Made by a program: the position numbers and the translations under genes. This document shows positions 48,018 through 58,231 of a stretch of 64,000 bases of DNA, piece by piece (position 1 is the stretch's first letter; every line of letters starts with the position of its first letter). Where the stretch lies: positions 64,001 through 128,000 of the forward strand of contig CBDCTZ010000015.1 of the NCBI GenBank assembly GCA_965222375.1, given 5' to 3'. This stretch comes from Polyangiaceae bacterium (GTDB lineage Bacteria > Myxococcota_A > Polyangia > Polyangiales > Polyangiaceae). The notes under the pieces were generated by a model, which was not told where the DNA came from, did not search any database, and was given only the letters and a program-made list of their open reading frames with translations.

Positions 48018-48731
48018 TTGCGACATCGGCTGATCGGGTTTTGTTGTGCGTTTCTGTTTTCAACGACCGCCTCCGCGGACCTGATTCCCGACGGCTTTCG
48101 CTCCGTGAAACTATCGATCCAGGTCGATGCAGAAGTACCCAAAGGGCGTGTACTGGTCTTGGCCAACACTTTCCGCGGCGCAAACGTGCTTCCAGTGGGC
48201 AAGGTAGAGAAGGTCAGCTGGCATCCAATGGCCGGCGAGATGCGGGTGGTCTCTCTGGCGGAAAGCGATGCCCAGGAGCTGACTAAGGCGGCCGGCCCTC
48301 GCATTGAGCCAGCAATACTCAAACAGATTCTAGCCAAAGGCAAAGCCTGCTCGGACCCTTTTCCGGGTGTGCGCACGGTCCCCAAAACGAACCCGGCCCA
48401 CGAAGTGCGCTGGCGATTTCGGATCTCATTCAAAGGCGATTCGTGTCAGGCGGACGAGTTCGCAACCCAGTACCTGTCCAAAGATGGCCAAATCGTGGGC
48501 AGCGGGAGCGACAACACCGAAAAACCCACCAAACCCACAGCACCCAAGCCTGTGGTCGCGTCAAAGCAACCCGCAACCCCTCCGGCGGCCCCGACCACGG
48601 CTCCTACTCCCCAGCCCAAGAAGTCCGGCTGCGGCAGCTGCCAGGTTGGAGCGCCCTCTCCTGCTCCGCTCTCAGCGTTGGCAATGGTCGGGCTAACTGG
48701 ATTCGCTCTGAGGCGCCGGAAAAGAAGTTAG
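48018..48731 (+). CDS. MYXO-CTERM sorting-signal surface protein
   Basis: GGAGG SD, signal peptide; Pro-rich linker; SGCGSCQVG...hydrophobic...RRRKRS C-terminus. Confidence 0.85.
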   Translation: MRHRLIGFCCAFLFSTTASADLIPDGFRSVKLSIQVDAEVPKGRVLVLANTFRGANVLPVGKVEKVSWHPMAGEMRVVSLAESDAQELTKAAGPRIEPAILKQILAKGKACSDPFPGVRTVPKTNPAHEVRWRFRISFKGDSCQADEFATQYLSKDGQIVGSGSDNTEKPTKPTAPKPVVASKQPATPPAAPTTAPTPQPKKSGCGSCQVGAPSPAPLSALAMVGLTGFALRRRKRS

Positions 48732-48765
48732 TCACACTCTGGCGGCGTCGCGCGATGAAAGACGC

Positions 48766-49818
48766 ATGAAGCCACACACTATCGCGTGTCTGCTGTGTGT
48801 CAGCGCTTGCACGACGGGCCCAGAGCTTACCCAACAACGCCAACCGGGTCCGGTCGTCGCACCGATGGCTGCAGCTCGCCCCACAGCGCCAACGACCACG
48901 GATCAAGCTACAGCGCCGGCGACAACCCAACCGAAACCGCAACCGGCAACCACCAACTACGACCTATCCGCGGATCTCGAGTTTCGAAACAAGGAGCTGA
49001 AGGCCGAGTTGGGCAAGCACACCGCAACTGCCCTCGCGGGCGGCGTGTTCTTGCTCGCTTCGCCCGCAGGAAAGGGCGCGCTAGCAGGTCCCCTGGACGT
49101 CACTCGGAGGGCCTTGGAGGCTCTGTTCAACGGCCGCTTCGGGAAGCGCCCGGCACGAGCCATCTCCGTCCTGCTGTTCCCAGAAGCGCGAAGCTACTCC
49201 GCGCACTGCAAGAAGCGCTATGGACGCCCCTGCACTTCGCCCTACGGCTTTTACGTTCACACCGAGCGGCGCATCGTCATGAACGTGGGCCTCGGCGTCG
49301 GGACCCTGACCCATGAGTTGGTCCACCCCATCGTCGAGACGGACTTTCCCAATGCACCGACCTGGCTCAATGAAGGCATCGCCTCTCTCTACGAACAGTT
49401 CTCCATGCCGCGTAAAGGCGAAATCCACGGCTGGAAGAACTGGCGCTATCCGCGTCTGATCCAGGGGCTGCGCTCGAAGAGTGAACGGCACATGGCCTCG
49501 CCAGCGGCCCTGTTCAGCATGAGCGACAGCACTTTCCGCGGAGACCGTGAGGACCTCAACTACGCCACCGCGCGCTACTTCTGCCAATGGCTCGACGGCA
49601 AGAAGCTGCTCTGGGCCTTCTACCAGCGCTACCGCGACACCCACTCGACGGACCCGAGTGGCGTCACCGCTTTCAGAGAAGTCGTGGGGCGAACACCGAA
49701 AAAAGTGCACACAGAATGGGCCCGCTGGGTGCGCGCGCTGTCGGCCGCGAGTTACCGCGTCGTTGGAAAAGAGTCGCACAGGGCTCGACCGGGAAGGGAG
49801 CGTCGTGACCCACCGTAG
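48766..49818 (+). CDS. zinc metallopeptidase lipoprotein (gluzincin, DUF1570/peptidase MA-like)
   Basis: VSAC lipobox; THELVH...PTWLNEGIA. Confidence 0.8.
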   Translation: MKPHTIACLLCVSACTTGPELTQQRQPGPVVAPMAAARPTAPTTTDQATAPATTQPKPQPATTNYDLSADLEFRNKELKAELGKHTATALAGGVFLLASPAGKGALAGPLDVTRRALEALFNGRFGKRPARAISVLLFPEARSYSAHCKKRYGRPCTSPYGFYVHTERRIVMNVGLGVGTLTHELVHPIVETDFPNAPTWLNEGIASLYEQFSMPRKGEIHGWKNWRYPRLIQGLRSKSERHMASPAALFSMSDSTFRGDREDLNYATARYFCQWLDGKKLLWAFYQRYRDTHSTDPSGVTAFREVVGRTPKKVHTEWARWVRALSAASYRVVGKESHRARPGRERRDPP

Positions 49819-49829
49819 TAGGCGTCGCC

Positions 49830-51296
49830 ATGCGTTTCCAAAGCCTAGCCGCCACGGTCTTCGTCTCGTCAATCTTCTCCATGGGCTGCAGCAGCGGCGC
49901 GGGCGGCGGAGGCGCCGCCTCGTGCGTTGACGGGGGCGCCTGCCCCAGTGGCTTCGTGTGCGGCGCCAGTGGAGTGTGTGAACCCGTTGCCGGAATCGGC
50001 GGCGCTGGGGCCGGCGCCGGCAGCGGGGGGTTCGGCAACTTCGGCGGCCACGCCGGCGCCTCGGGCTCTGGAACGGGCGGCTTCGGCGGCTTTGGCGCTG
50101 TTGGCGGCAACTCCGGAAGTGCGGGCGTCGCAGGGTTCTCGGGCAGTTCAGGCAGCTCGGGCAGCTCGGGCAGCGGCGGTAGCGCAGGAGCTACGGGCTT
50201 CTGCGGGGACAACACCAAGAACGGAACCGAAGACTGCGACGATAACGGCGACTCGGCGTCCTGCGATGGAGACTGCACCTTCGTGGCGTGCGCCGACGGC
50301 TACCACAACAAGGTGGCCGAGCCCTGCGACGACGGCTTCGAGACGGCCGCTTGCAACGCGGATTGCACCCTGGCCAAGTGTGGCGACAACAAGATCAACA
50401 AAGCCGCCGGCGAAGAGTGCGACGACGGCGGGACGAGCAGCGGTGACGGCTGTAGCAGCACCTGCAAGACCGAGCTCTCCGGCGTCGGCGAAGACTGCAG
50501 CTCGGCCATTCCACTCAAGCTCGGCTCCAACAGCCTGAATTGGACCGCGAGCATCAACAACTACTTGAAGACCACGCCAGCTTGCGTGACCACCGGATCG
50601 ACCACGGGCCCCGACGTCGTGTTCTCCTACACCGCCGCAAGCACCGGTTCGTTGAAGTACACCATCAGCAAGCCGACCTCCACGCGCTGGGTCGCGACGA
50701 CCTCAGCGGGCACCTGCGGCAACGGCGCCGTGCAAACCTCTTGCGTCTCGGACTACAGCGCGTCGAGCATGGTCACGACCGTCAACGTAACCGCCGGGAC
50801 CACCTACTATCTGTACCTCGTGGACAACACCAGCGGCAGCAATCCGCTGAGCAACCCCGTCAGCATCAACCTAGCTCTGACCCCGACGGCCACCGGCACG
50901 GGCGAAGACTGTTCCTCGGTGATCCCCCTTCAGCTCGGCGCCAATACCATCAACTGGACGGCCACCAAGAAGGACTACGTGCCCACGACGAACAGCTGCT
51001 CGAGCACCTACTCGTCGACTGGCCCAGACGTCGTGATGAGCTACACGCCGTCGCTGTCCGGCACGGTGTCCTATACGATTGCCAAACCGTCTTCGACGCG
51101 CTGGGTTGCCCTGGTGGAAAACGGCAGCTGCGGCTTCGGCCTGAGCTCGCCCTTGAGCTGCACTTCGGCCTACTCCGGCACGAGCATGAGCGGGTCATTC
51201 TCTGCCACAGGCGGCACTACCTACTACTTCTACGTCGCCGACACGACCAGCGGTTCCAATCCGCTGAGTAACCCATTCACGATCACGCTGAACTGA
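49830..51296 (+). CDS. Gly-rich lipoprotein with myxobacterial Cys-rich (DUF4215-like) repeats and two duplicated beta-sandwich domains
   Basis: CGD...EECDDG...GDGCSSTC; two copies of GEDCSS.IPL.LG...GPDVV.SYT...STRWVA. Confidence 0.85.
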   Translation: MRFQSLAATVFVSSIFSMGCSSGAGGGGAASCVDGGACPSGFVCGASGVCEPVAGIGGAGAGAGSGGFGNFGGHAGASGSGTGGFGGFGAVGGNSGSAGVAGFSGSSGSSGSSGSGGSAGATGFCGDNTKNGTEDCDDNGDSASCDGDCTFVACADGYHNKVAEPCDDGFETAACNADCTLAKCGDNKINKAAGEECDDGGTSSGDGCSSTCKTELSGVGEDCSSAIPLKLGSNSLNWTASINNYLKTTPACVTTGSTTGPDVVFSYTAASTGSLKYTISKPTSTRWVATTSAGTCGNGAVQTSCVSDYSASSMVTTVNVTAGTTYYLYLVDNTSGSNPLSNPVSINLALTPTATGTGEDCSSVIPLQLGANTINWTATKKDYVPTTNSCSSTYSSTGPDVVMSYTPSLSGTVSYTIAKPSSTRWVALVENGSCGFGLSSPLSCTSAYSGTSMSGSFSATGGTTYYFYVADTTSGSNPLSNPFTITLN

Positions 51297-51364
51297 CCAG
51301 CCAACGAGACCCAACCCGGGAGCCAAACGGCGACGAGGCTGCGAGAGGGATCCTTGTCGCTGGT

Positions 51365-51552
51365 GGTTTGATTGGATGCCCCCCAAACAACTCGTCGATA
51401 CCCGGTGCGGCGTGCTCGGCTGTCGCCTGCGCCGCCGCGGCCCCCCTTAGCTGCGCGCCGCGCAGCCGGAGGGCCCACGAGCTGCCGGCGCAAAGCGGGA
51501 CCCCGCTCGAGAGTAGTGCTGCAGCGCCGCCCCAGAGTTGCGACCCCAAACC
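51365..51552. repeat. dispersed REP/MITE-like intergenic element
   Basis: About 80-bp core shared with 63755-63835; 3' part shared with 11362-11410; GGTTTG...CAAACC ends. Confidence 0.75.
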
Positions 51553-51617
51553 AACCTCGAAGGCCTTGGTTCAATCGCAGTCGCGGCTGGTTCCTTCGGC
51601 TAGGCGTCGGAGCGCCC

Positions 51618-52130
51618 TCATGAGCTGGTTGCTCGGCTGATCAGAGCTTTGCCAATACTACGACGAGCCAGATGCACTGCCTTGTTGAAGGCATCCAGGG
51701 CAGCCACCACGGGGCGCAGGTTGGCGGGCAGGACGTACTCGGTGAGCTCGATGACCACGCCATCGGGCGCGGTGAAATAGACGTAGCGCAACGACCCGGT
51801 GCCCCGAGGTGCGCTGTGCACGTCAATGCCCGCGCCTTTCAGCTTTGCAATCAACGGTTCGAGCTTGCGCACGTTGATGCCCAAATGCGCAACGCCGTAG
51901 CCGTGTGTGAGCGCACCGTCGCCGTGGGCGGCCGGTTTGCGCGGCGTGATCCCCGGTGGGTAGCCGCTGACGGCGAGAAACTGCCCGCCGAGAAGCAAGA
52001 TGTGGTTCTTGCCGCCATGACTATTGGGAATCGCACCCACAAGTTCCGCTCCCATGACATCCTGGTAAAAACTCAAGGACGCATCGAGGTCCTCGGCATA
52101 GAAGTGAACGTGGTCGAAGTTTGTGATCAT
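51618..52130 (-). CDS. VOC/glyoxalase family protein
   Basis: FDHVHF..DL..S..FY, HLGINV, YFTAPDGVVIEL. Confidence 0.9.
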   Translation of the reverse strand: MITNFDHVHFYAEDLDASLSFYQDVMGAELVGAIPNSHGGKNHILLLGGQFLAVSGYPPGITPRKPAAHGDGALTHGYGVAHLGINVRKLEPLIAKLKGAGIDVHSAPRGTGSLRYVYFTAPDGVVIELTEYVLPANLRPVVAALDAFNKAVHLARRSIGKALISRATSS

Positions 52131-52241
52131 GGCTTCTCACGCTGCGAAATTCTGAAGGACCTTCTCGTGGTACGGCTGAAAGCACAGTGTAATCCGTCGC
52201 CGGGCGGATCAGGCTGAGATCGAGGACGGAGACCACAACGC

Positions 52242-52997
52242 TTGATGTACCCTGGCCTCTTGAAACGCCGACGGCAAGGGCAGCTCTCTATCGGTCGCGA
52301 ATTGCGTCTGGCCCGGCTACCGGGCGCCCCCGCTGTTGGGCTCCTGCTCGTCGCGATGCCCGCCGCAGGGGCCCCGAGCGCGCTGTCCGCACCCGCGGCG
52401 GTTGAGCACGAAAACAACCAGACTCGGAACGCGCCCACCGAAGACGAGGCGGGGGACGATGGCTTTGACCCCGAATTCGAAGATAGCTGGACCGTTCCGG
52501 TCGTTCACGGGTTGAGCCTCATGACGGCCATGCGAGTTGCAGAAGCTTTCATCTGGCCGGAGCCCTTCGCGGATCTGGAGCCGGGTCGCGTAGGGGAGCG
52601 CTACGAAGCGGCATTCACGCAGCCTCCCAAGTGGGACAGCTCGGCGCGAGCCTTCGAGTGGGACGACGACCCGTGGTGGCTCAATGCCGGTGGGCACGCC
52701 TTGTTCGGCAGCGAGCTGTATCTGCGCGCCCGGGTGTGTCGCCGAAACGTGGGCGAGGCGCTGCTCTTGACTACCGCGGGCAGCACGCTCTGGGAGTACG
52801 GCTTCGAGGCCAACGGGGTACGGCCCAGTGGGCTCGACCTCTGGTACACCCCCGCCGCAGGGCTGGTGCTAGGCGAGGCGCGATATCAGGGCTTCCGGGC
52901 CGCGCGGCGCCTGCGTGCGCCGGCCTGGCGAGCGGTGCTGACCACGATCCTGGATCCCTTCGGCCAGCTCGAGCGCGCCCTGGGCACACCTTGCTAG
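52242..52997 (+). CDS. DUF3943-like protein
   Basis: WDDDPWWLNAGGHALFGS, WEYGFEA...RPS..DL..TP..G.VLGE; start uncertain. Confidence 0.7.
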   Translation: MMYPGLLKRRRQGQLSIGRELRLARLPGAPAVGLLLVAMPAAGAPSALSAPAAVEHENNQTRNAPTEDEAGDDGFDPEFEDSWTVPVVHGLSLMTAMRVAEAFIWPEPFADLEPGRVGERYEAAFTQPPKWDSSARAFEWDDDPWWLNAGGHALFGSELYLRARVCRRNVGEALLLTTAGSTLWEYGFEANGVRPSGLDLWYTPAAGLVLGEARYQGFRAARRLRAPAWRAVLTTILDPFGQLERALGTPC

Positions 52998-53187
52998 TCG
53001 CCGCCCCACGGCAGTTGAAAGCTCGTTTGAGCCATTCCCTGGGCAATTTCGGTCAGGCGCGTGACTTTGCACGGAAAATGGGTCACTAAGCGCTCCGCTT
53101 GGCGCAGTGCCGGACGCCCCCGGAGGCGACTTCGTCGGCCGCGCATGCACTCCCCCCGCCGGCGCGGCCACGCACCGAAAGAACCTC

Positions 53188-55050
53188 ATGCCACCATCCG
53201 AGCCATCCAAGTTCGCCGACTTCGGTCTGGACGAGCGCCTTGTCGCAGCCGTCGAAGGCCTTGGCTTCGATGAGCCGACTCCGATCCAAACCCAGGCGAT
53301 CCCGGATCTCTTGGGGGGGCGGGACATCATCGGACGCGCGCGCACCGGATCGGGCAAGACAGCGGCCTTCGGTTTGCCTTTGCTTGATCACGTGAAAGAA
53401 GGGGCGGCGGGCGTGCAAGCGCTGGTGCTGACACCGACGCGCGAGCTGGCAGTGCAGGTCACCGAAGCCCTGCGCAGCTACGCGACGAAGCTGCCAGTGC
53501 GCTTGGTCACCGTGTACGGCGGTGTGGCCTACGGACCGCAATTGGCGGCTCTCCGAAAAGGCGTCTCCGTCGTCGTCGGTACGCCAGGTCGCGTGCTGGA
53601 TCACATGCGCAAAGGCATCCTCGACGTTTCTTCGTTGCGGCTACTCGTTCTGGACGAAGCGGACGAGATGCTGCGCATGGGGTTCATCGAGGACGTCGAG
53701 GAAGTACTCGCGCAAAGCCCACCGGAGCGTCAGGTTGCACTGTTCACCGCAACCTTGCCGCCCCCTATTCGCAAGATCGCCAAGAAGTATCTTCAAAAAC
53801 CGATCGAAGTGCAGGTGGAGCAACACGCACACACCACCGTGCACATCACCCAGCGATGGCTGGTGGTGCCCCAGGCACACAAGATCGACGCCTTGGCCCG
53901 AGTGCTGGCAGAGCAACCCCGAGGAGCAACGCTGATATTCGCGCGCACCCGGGCAGGTTGCGCTGAAACGGCCACCGCTCTGTCGGCGCGGGGGTTGGCG
54001 GTCGACGCTCTGCACGGCGATCTGAACCAGAGTGCGCGGGAGCTCGTGCTCAACCGGCTGCGAAACGGCCGGCTGGATACCGTCGTGGCCACGGATGTGG
54101 CCGCACGGGGCTTGGACGTGGAGCACCTAACCCATGTGGTCAACTTGGATCTACCGAGTGATCTCGATAGCTACGTGCACAGGATCGGACGCACTGGGCG
54201 CGCCGGCCGCGCCGGCTTGGCGACGAGCCTGGTCACTCCCGCAGAGCGAGGCAAGCTCAATCACTTTGCACGGGTGCTGGACACACCCCTCGTTCAAACT
54301 CAAGTGCCGTCGGACTTGGACATTGCGCAGCGCCAACAATCGTATCTGCTGGAAGAGGTCGAGCGCCTGCTTGCGACACCGCCTAGTCCGGTCGTCGCAG
54401 AGATGACGGCGAAGCTTCTCGAGGCAGCCGGGCCAGAGTCGACCATAGGCGCGTTGCTCGGCGCGCTCGCGCAGGCCCGAGGCGTCCCGGTCAACGCAAT
54501 GGCACGCGCAAAGCCACCCGCCTGGGCGCGAAAGCAAAAGCGAGACACAACCAAGCGCGGAGCCGGTGACAGCTGGCGGGCCGGCAAGGGTCGTGCGGGG
54601 CGCAAACCTCGCGGGGAGGCTGTCGGACCGGGCCCACGCCGAGCCTCAGACAAGCGGGCGGCGGATAAAGAACGTCGGGGCGGGCCTAAGCGGGCGACAC
54701 CTCCGGGCAAGGCGGAGGGCCCGAAAGGAGCCAAACGCGCACTGCCCACGAAAACCAAGGGTCGTCCCCAGCGAGGGTCAGACCGAGCGACGGCTAGCGT
54801 CCCAACCGGGGAGTTGGAGTTGTTCTTGTCCATGGGTAGCCGGCGCGGGGTGCGACCCCAAGATGTGGTTGGCGCCCTAGCTGGCGATCTGGGCGTGCCT
54901 AGCAACGCCATCGGGCGCATCACGGTCGATCGCAATCACACCTTGGTTTGCCTGCCCAAGGACCTGGGCAACCAGCTGCTACGGGGCGATGCAAGCCTGC
55001 ACCTGCGCGGCCAATGGGTGGCGTTGGCGCGGGCGCGGGACCGTAGATAG
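53188..55050 (+). CDS. deaD: DEAD-box RNA helicase (DeaD/CsdA-like, C-terminal DbpA RNA-binding domain)
   Basis: Q motif, ARTGSGKT, PTRELA, DEAD, TAT, ARGLD, HRIGRTGR; LFLSMG...RPQDVVGAL. Confidence 0.9.
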   Translation: MPPSEPSKFADFGLDERLVAAVEGLGFDEPTPIQTQAIPDLLGGRDIIGRARTGSGKTAAFGLPLLDHVKEGAAGVQALVLTPTRELAVQVTEALRSYATKLPVRLVTVYGGVAYGPQLAALRKGVSVVVGTPGRVLDHMRKGILDVSSLRLLVLDEADEMLRMGFIEDVEEVLAQSPPERQVALFTATLPPPIRKIAKKYLQKPIEVQVEQHAHTTVHITQRWLVVPQAHKIDALARVLAEQPRGATLIFARTRAGCAETATALSARGLAVDALHGDLNQSARELVLNRLRNGRLDTVVATDVAARGLDVEHLTHVVNLDLPSDLDSYVHRIGRTGRAGRAGLATSLVTPAERGKLNHFARVLDTPLVQTQVPSDLDIAQRQQSYLLEEVERLLATPPSPVVAEMTAKLLEAAGPESTIGALLGALAQARGVPVNAMARAKPPAWARKQKRDTTKRGAGDSWRAGKGRAGRKPRGEAVGPGPRRASDKRAADKERRGGPKRATPPGKAEGPKGAKRALPTKTKGRPQRGSDRATASVPTGELELFLSMGSRRGVRPQDVVGALAGDLGVPSNAIGRITVDRNHTLVCLPKDLGNQLLRGDASLHLRGQWVALARARDRR

Positions 55051-55093
55051 CTCTTTTCGGTTCGCCTCCGTGGGCGGCTCCGCGAATGCGGGC

Positions 55094-55124
55094 AAAAAAA
55101 AGGAAGGGCCTTTGCGACCCTTCC
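55094..55124 (-). terminator. intrinsic terminator of the cold-shock gene
   Basis: Minus strand GGAAGGGTC-GCAAA-GGCCCTTCC followed by T8. Confidence 0.85.
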
Positions 55125-55150
55125 TCAGCGCACAAAGCGCTCGCGCGCCC

Positions 55151-55348
55151 TCAGACAGGGCGAACGTTTTCGGCGCGGGGACCCTTGGGACCCTCGCCGG
55201 CGTCGAACGTGACTTTTTGACCTTCACGCAGGTCTTCGAAGCGGACGCCCTCGACGTTGGACGTATGGAAGAAGATATCCTTGCCAGTTCCGGTGTCGAT
55301 GAATCCGAAGCCCTTGTCCGTGAGACGCTTAATCGTACCTTCAGCCAT
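55151..55348 (-). CDS. cold-shock protein (CSD)
   Basis: KGFGFI (RNP1), DIFFH (RNP2), GPKGPRAENV. Confidence 0.95.
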   Translation of the reverse strand: MAEGTIKRLTDKGFGFIDTGTGKDIFFHTSNVEGVRFEDLREGQKVTFDAGEGPKGPRAENVRPV

Positions 55349-55646
55349 TTTGTGCTTCTTCCTGAAAAGTGTGCTTCGCAAGACTCGGGCAGCGACAATG
55401 CGGTCCGGGCCGTACGAAGTGGGCGTAGTTACCCGATTTGCCCGTCGCTGTCCACCGCACCGGACCACGCCCCCAAGCCGGCCCTTCCCTGGGCCCAGAT
55501 GTCGCGGTTCCGGGCACTTTTCGCGGAATTCTGCCTAGAGAGAAATCTGGCGATTCGGAGCGCAGAACCTCGAACTAGGCACCCGAATTCCAAGACCAGG
55601 GCCCGAGATTGCCGTCCCGGCCGCTGTCGGGCATGACTGCGGAACA

Positions 55647-57833
55647 CTACGGACTCGTCGACAGCTGCACCGCCGGCGGCACCCAAATGTAGATCGTGTA
55701 GCTCTCGGGCACGTCGAGCCAGAACTGTTTCACCGTGTGAGCGTTGATGCTCGGCACGGTAACACCCACCTTGAGGTGCTTGCCGAAGGTTAGCGTGGCC
55801 TGATGTTCGGTCTCCGCAACGATCGTGACGGAATTGCGACCGGGCTTCAGCTCCAGTGTCACGTCCTGGGTCTGAGGAACGAAGGGCGTGTCCGGGACCT
55901 GTTGGGTGCCATTGACCATCACGCTGTATGACGCGACGTCGCTGGGGTTCGCTAACAGATCCGAGATCTTCAGGTTCATCACCCGCTTCTTCTCGGTATC
56001 GCTTTCAACGTAGTCCGTTTTGATGGGCTTCCCACCGGGGTCTTGCGGCGAGTACACGTCGAGCACGATGAAGTCTTCGTCCGTCTTGTCCTCGTTGAAG
56101 TTCTTCGGATCGGTCTTCTCCCGGACTTTCACCGGCGCATGGGAAATCTTGACTTCGTCAAAGCCGGGGTAGCGTACGAATCCCCAGAGCTTTTCCTTTG
56201 TCTTGTAGGCGAAGAGGGTCGCGTTCATGCCCAGATCGACCTCGCTCGTGCCGGCGGGCCAAGAGATACCGCTGATCGTGATGGTGTCCTTGGAATAGTC
56301 GAACTCGAGAGTGGCCCCGCTGGCCCAGGCGGGCGCAGTAGAGGTGTCCAGTTCTGCCGCCTTCGAAAACTCCAGGTCCACGAGACGCTTCAAGCCATTT
56401 GCCAAGACGCTGAGTACTGGGATCTTCTCCAGAACGTCCGACAGCTTGAAGCTGTAGGCCTGCATGTTCAGCGCCATCTTCACCGGCACAGGGGGCGTGG
56501 CTTCCAGCAGCTTGAGCTTGTCCGCTATGGATACGCCAGCACGCGCCAGGATCGTGCCAAACACGGCCTTGAATCCCTCGATGGCCTTGCGCTTCACCTC
56601 TTTCAGTTTGGCGATCTGCTTGACTCCCTTGCCTCCAGGGATCGCGGCGGAAATGACTTCGGCCACCAGGGTGTCGATGGACAGCGGATCGCCGCTTCCG
56701 TTCTCCGGCTGGAAGGTGCCCCAATACACCCAACCGACAGGTTCTCCATCGAACACCGAGCGTTGGTCGTGAGCCTCGACAGACACGAGATCCGTCGGCA
56801 GGAAATTGTCGATGATCACCTGGACCAAGGCGTTGACAACATTGACGACTGCGACAGCCGCACTGACGGGCGCACCCACACCCGTCACAGCGAAGGCTAT
56901 CTCGACAATACCCAGCGCTTCGCCGTTGGCGGCGGCAATCGCGGCAGTCAAGTCCATTTCAAAATAGGACTGATGCACCAAATGGCGCGCGCTATCGAAG
57001 GGCCCGGTGACCTTGAGCGCTTGGGAGGTCGACCCAATGCCACTCGCGTGACTCAGCCCGCTCGTGGGTCCGCCGCTGAGACCATAGATTTCGTCGAGGC
57101 GCGGCTCCGCCCAATGCAGCACACCGGTGTGGTACAGCATTGACTGAACGGCTTTCTCCGTCGTGTCGTCGAGCTTCGCGTAGTCGTCACCAAAGGTGTC
57201 CGCGATGGCATCGGCGCCATCGAGAACCTCGGACAGAGCGCTGAACCCAGCTGAGCCCAGATAAGATTCCGCCAGCCCCTTCACGTTTTCGTCCTTGGAA
57301 CCCACGGTGCGCTTGCGCAGCCCTGCGATGGTGCGATGCATCCCGCTCTCCATCACATCGACGACCGCCTGCCTCGCCAAACGGCGCTCGGGAATCACCA
57401 CATGCAGCAGGGCTTCGCCAGTGAAGGGTTTGTCGAGCGTCCCCAGCCTGACGTAGTGACTGCCCGCAGTGACGTACGGCACGAATTGGTCGAAGGCCAG
57501 CTTGTCGTCAGCGAAGGTGCTGTCATCGCCGCCGTCTTCCAACACCCGCATGGCGTAGGGGTAGAGGGGCACGTCGTTTTCGAGCCAGACCACGACTTCG
57601 CTTGGATCTACGCTGAGGCCGGTCACCACCAACTCGAAGCGCATGCCGGGTTCGACCACGTAGGGATCCGGTTGCTCCAGCGTCCACTCACCCTTGATGA
57701 CCTTCGGTGGCGGCGGCGGAATGCCTTGCCCGCCGGACTCCCCCTTGGCGGTGTCGCAGCCCGCGGCAAGCGCTGCACTCACCGCCAGGAACAGATAAAT
57801 GAAAGCTCGTAGACTCGTAATTCTTCCTTGCAC
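55647..57833 (-). CDS. large hypothetical lipoprotein
   Basis: LAAGC lipobox; about 728-aa ORF; central hydrophobic helices. Confidence 0.75.
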   Translation of the reverse strand: MQGRITSLRAFIYLFLAVSAALAAGCDTAKGESGGQGIPPPPPKVIKGEWTLEQPDPYVVEPGMRFELVVTGLSVDPSEVVVWLENDVPLYPYAMRVLEDGGDDSTFADDKLAFDQFVPYVTAGSHYVRLGTLDKPFTGEALLHVVIPERRLARQAVVDVMESGMHRTIAGLRKRTVGSKDENVKGLAESYLGSAGFSALSEVLDGADAIADTFGDDYAKLDDTTEKAVQSMLYHTGVLHWAEPRLDEIYGLSGGPTSGLSHASGIGSTSQALKVTGPFDSARHLVHQSYFEMDLTAAIAAANGEALGIVEIAFAVTGVGAPVSAAVAVVNVVNALVQVIIDNFLPTDLVSVEAHDQRSVFDGEPVGWVYWGTFQPENGSGDPLSIDTLVAEVISAAIPGGKGVKQIAKLKEVKRKAIEGFKAVFGTILARAGVSIADKLKLLEATPPVPVKMALNMQAYSFKLSDVLEKIPVLSVLANGLKRLVDLEFSKAAELDTSTAPAWASGATLEFDYSKDTITISGISWPAGTSEVDLGMNATLFAYKTKEKLWGFVRYPGFDEVKISHAPVKVREKTDPKNFNEDKTDEDFIVLDVYSPQDPGGKPIKTDYVESDTEKKRVMNLKISDLLANPSDVASYSVMVNGTQQVPDTPFVPQTQDVTLELKPGRNSVTIVAETEHQATLTFGKHLKVGVTVPSINAHTVKQFWLDVPESYTIYIWVPPAVQLSTSP

Positions 57834-58231
57834 GCTTACTCGCCCCTTCTCGAGCGCCCAACCCAAACGGCAACTGGTAGCGTCACATACGACTTAGCAC
57901 AACCGCTAGTGGGCGCTTCCCTCTTGGACGCTTGCTGAGTCGACGAGTTTTGTCGAAGGAAGTTCTTTTTCCCGCGGGCGTATCACGCTGCAGGGATCGA
58001 TACCCCCTTGTGCCAGCGCGGCGATGGCGACTAAATAGACCTTCCACGAAGCGTCGTTCATGGGGGCACTTCAAGCATGGAGCCCGAAGTTGATTTCCGG
58101 CCGAGCTACCTGCTGTGCCTCAGGATCGCCCTCCGTGGGCGCCGCCGCAAAGCTCGCTTTGCCGCACAATCCACGATTTTGTCACGCGCGCGCCTCGCGG
58201 ATGGCGCACAGAGGTGCCATACCGTAGACGC

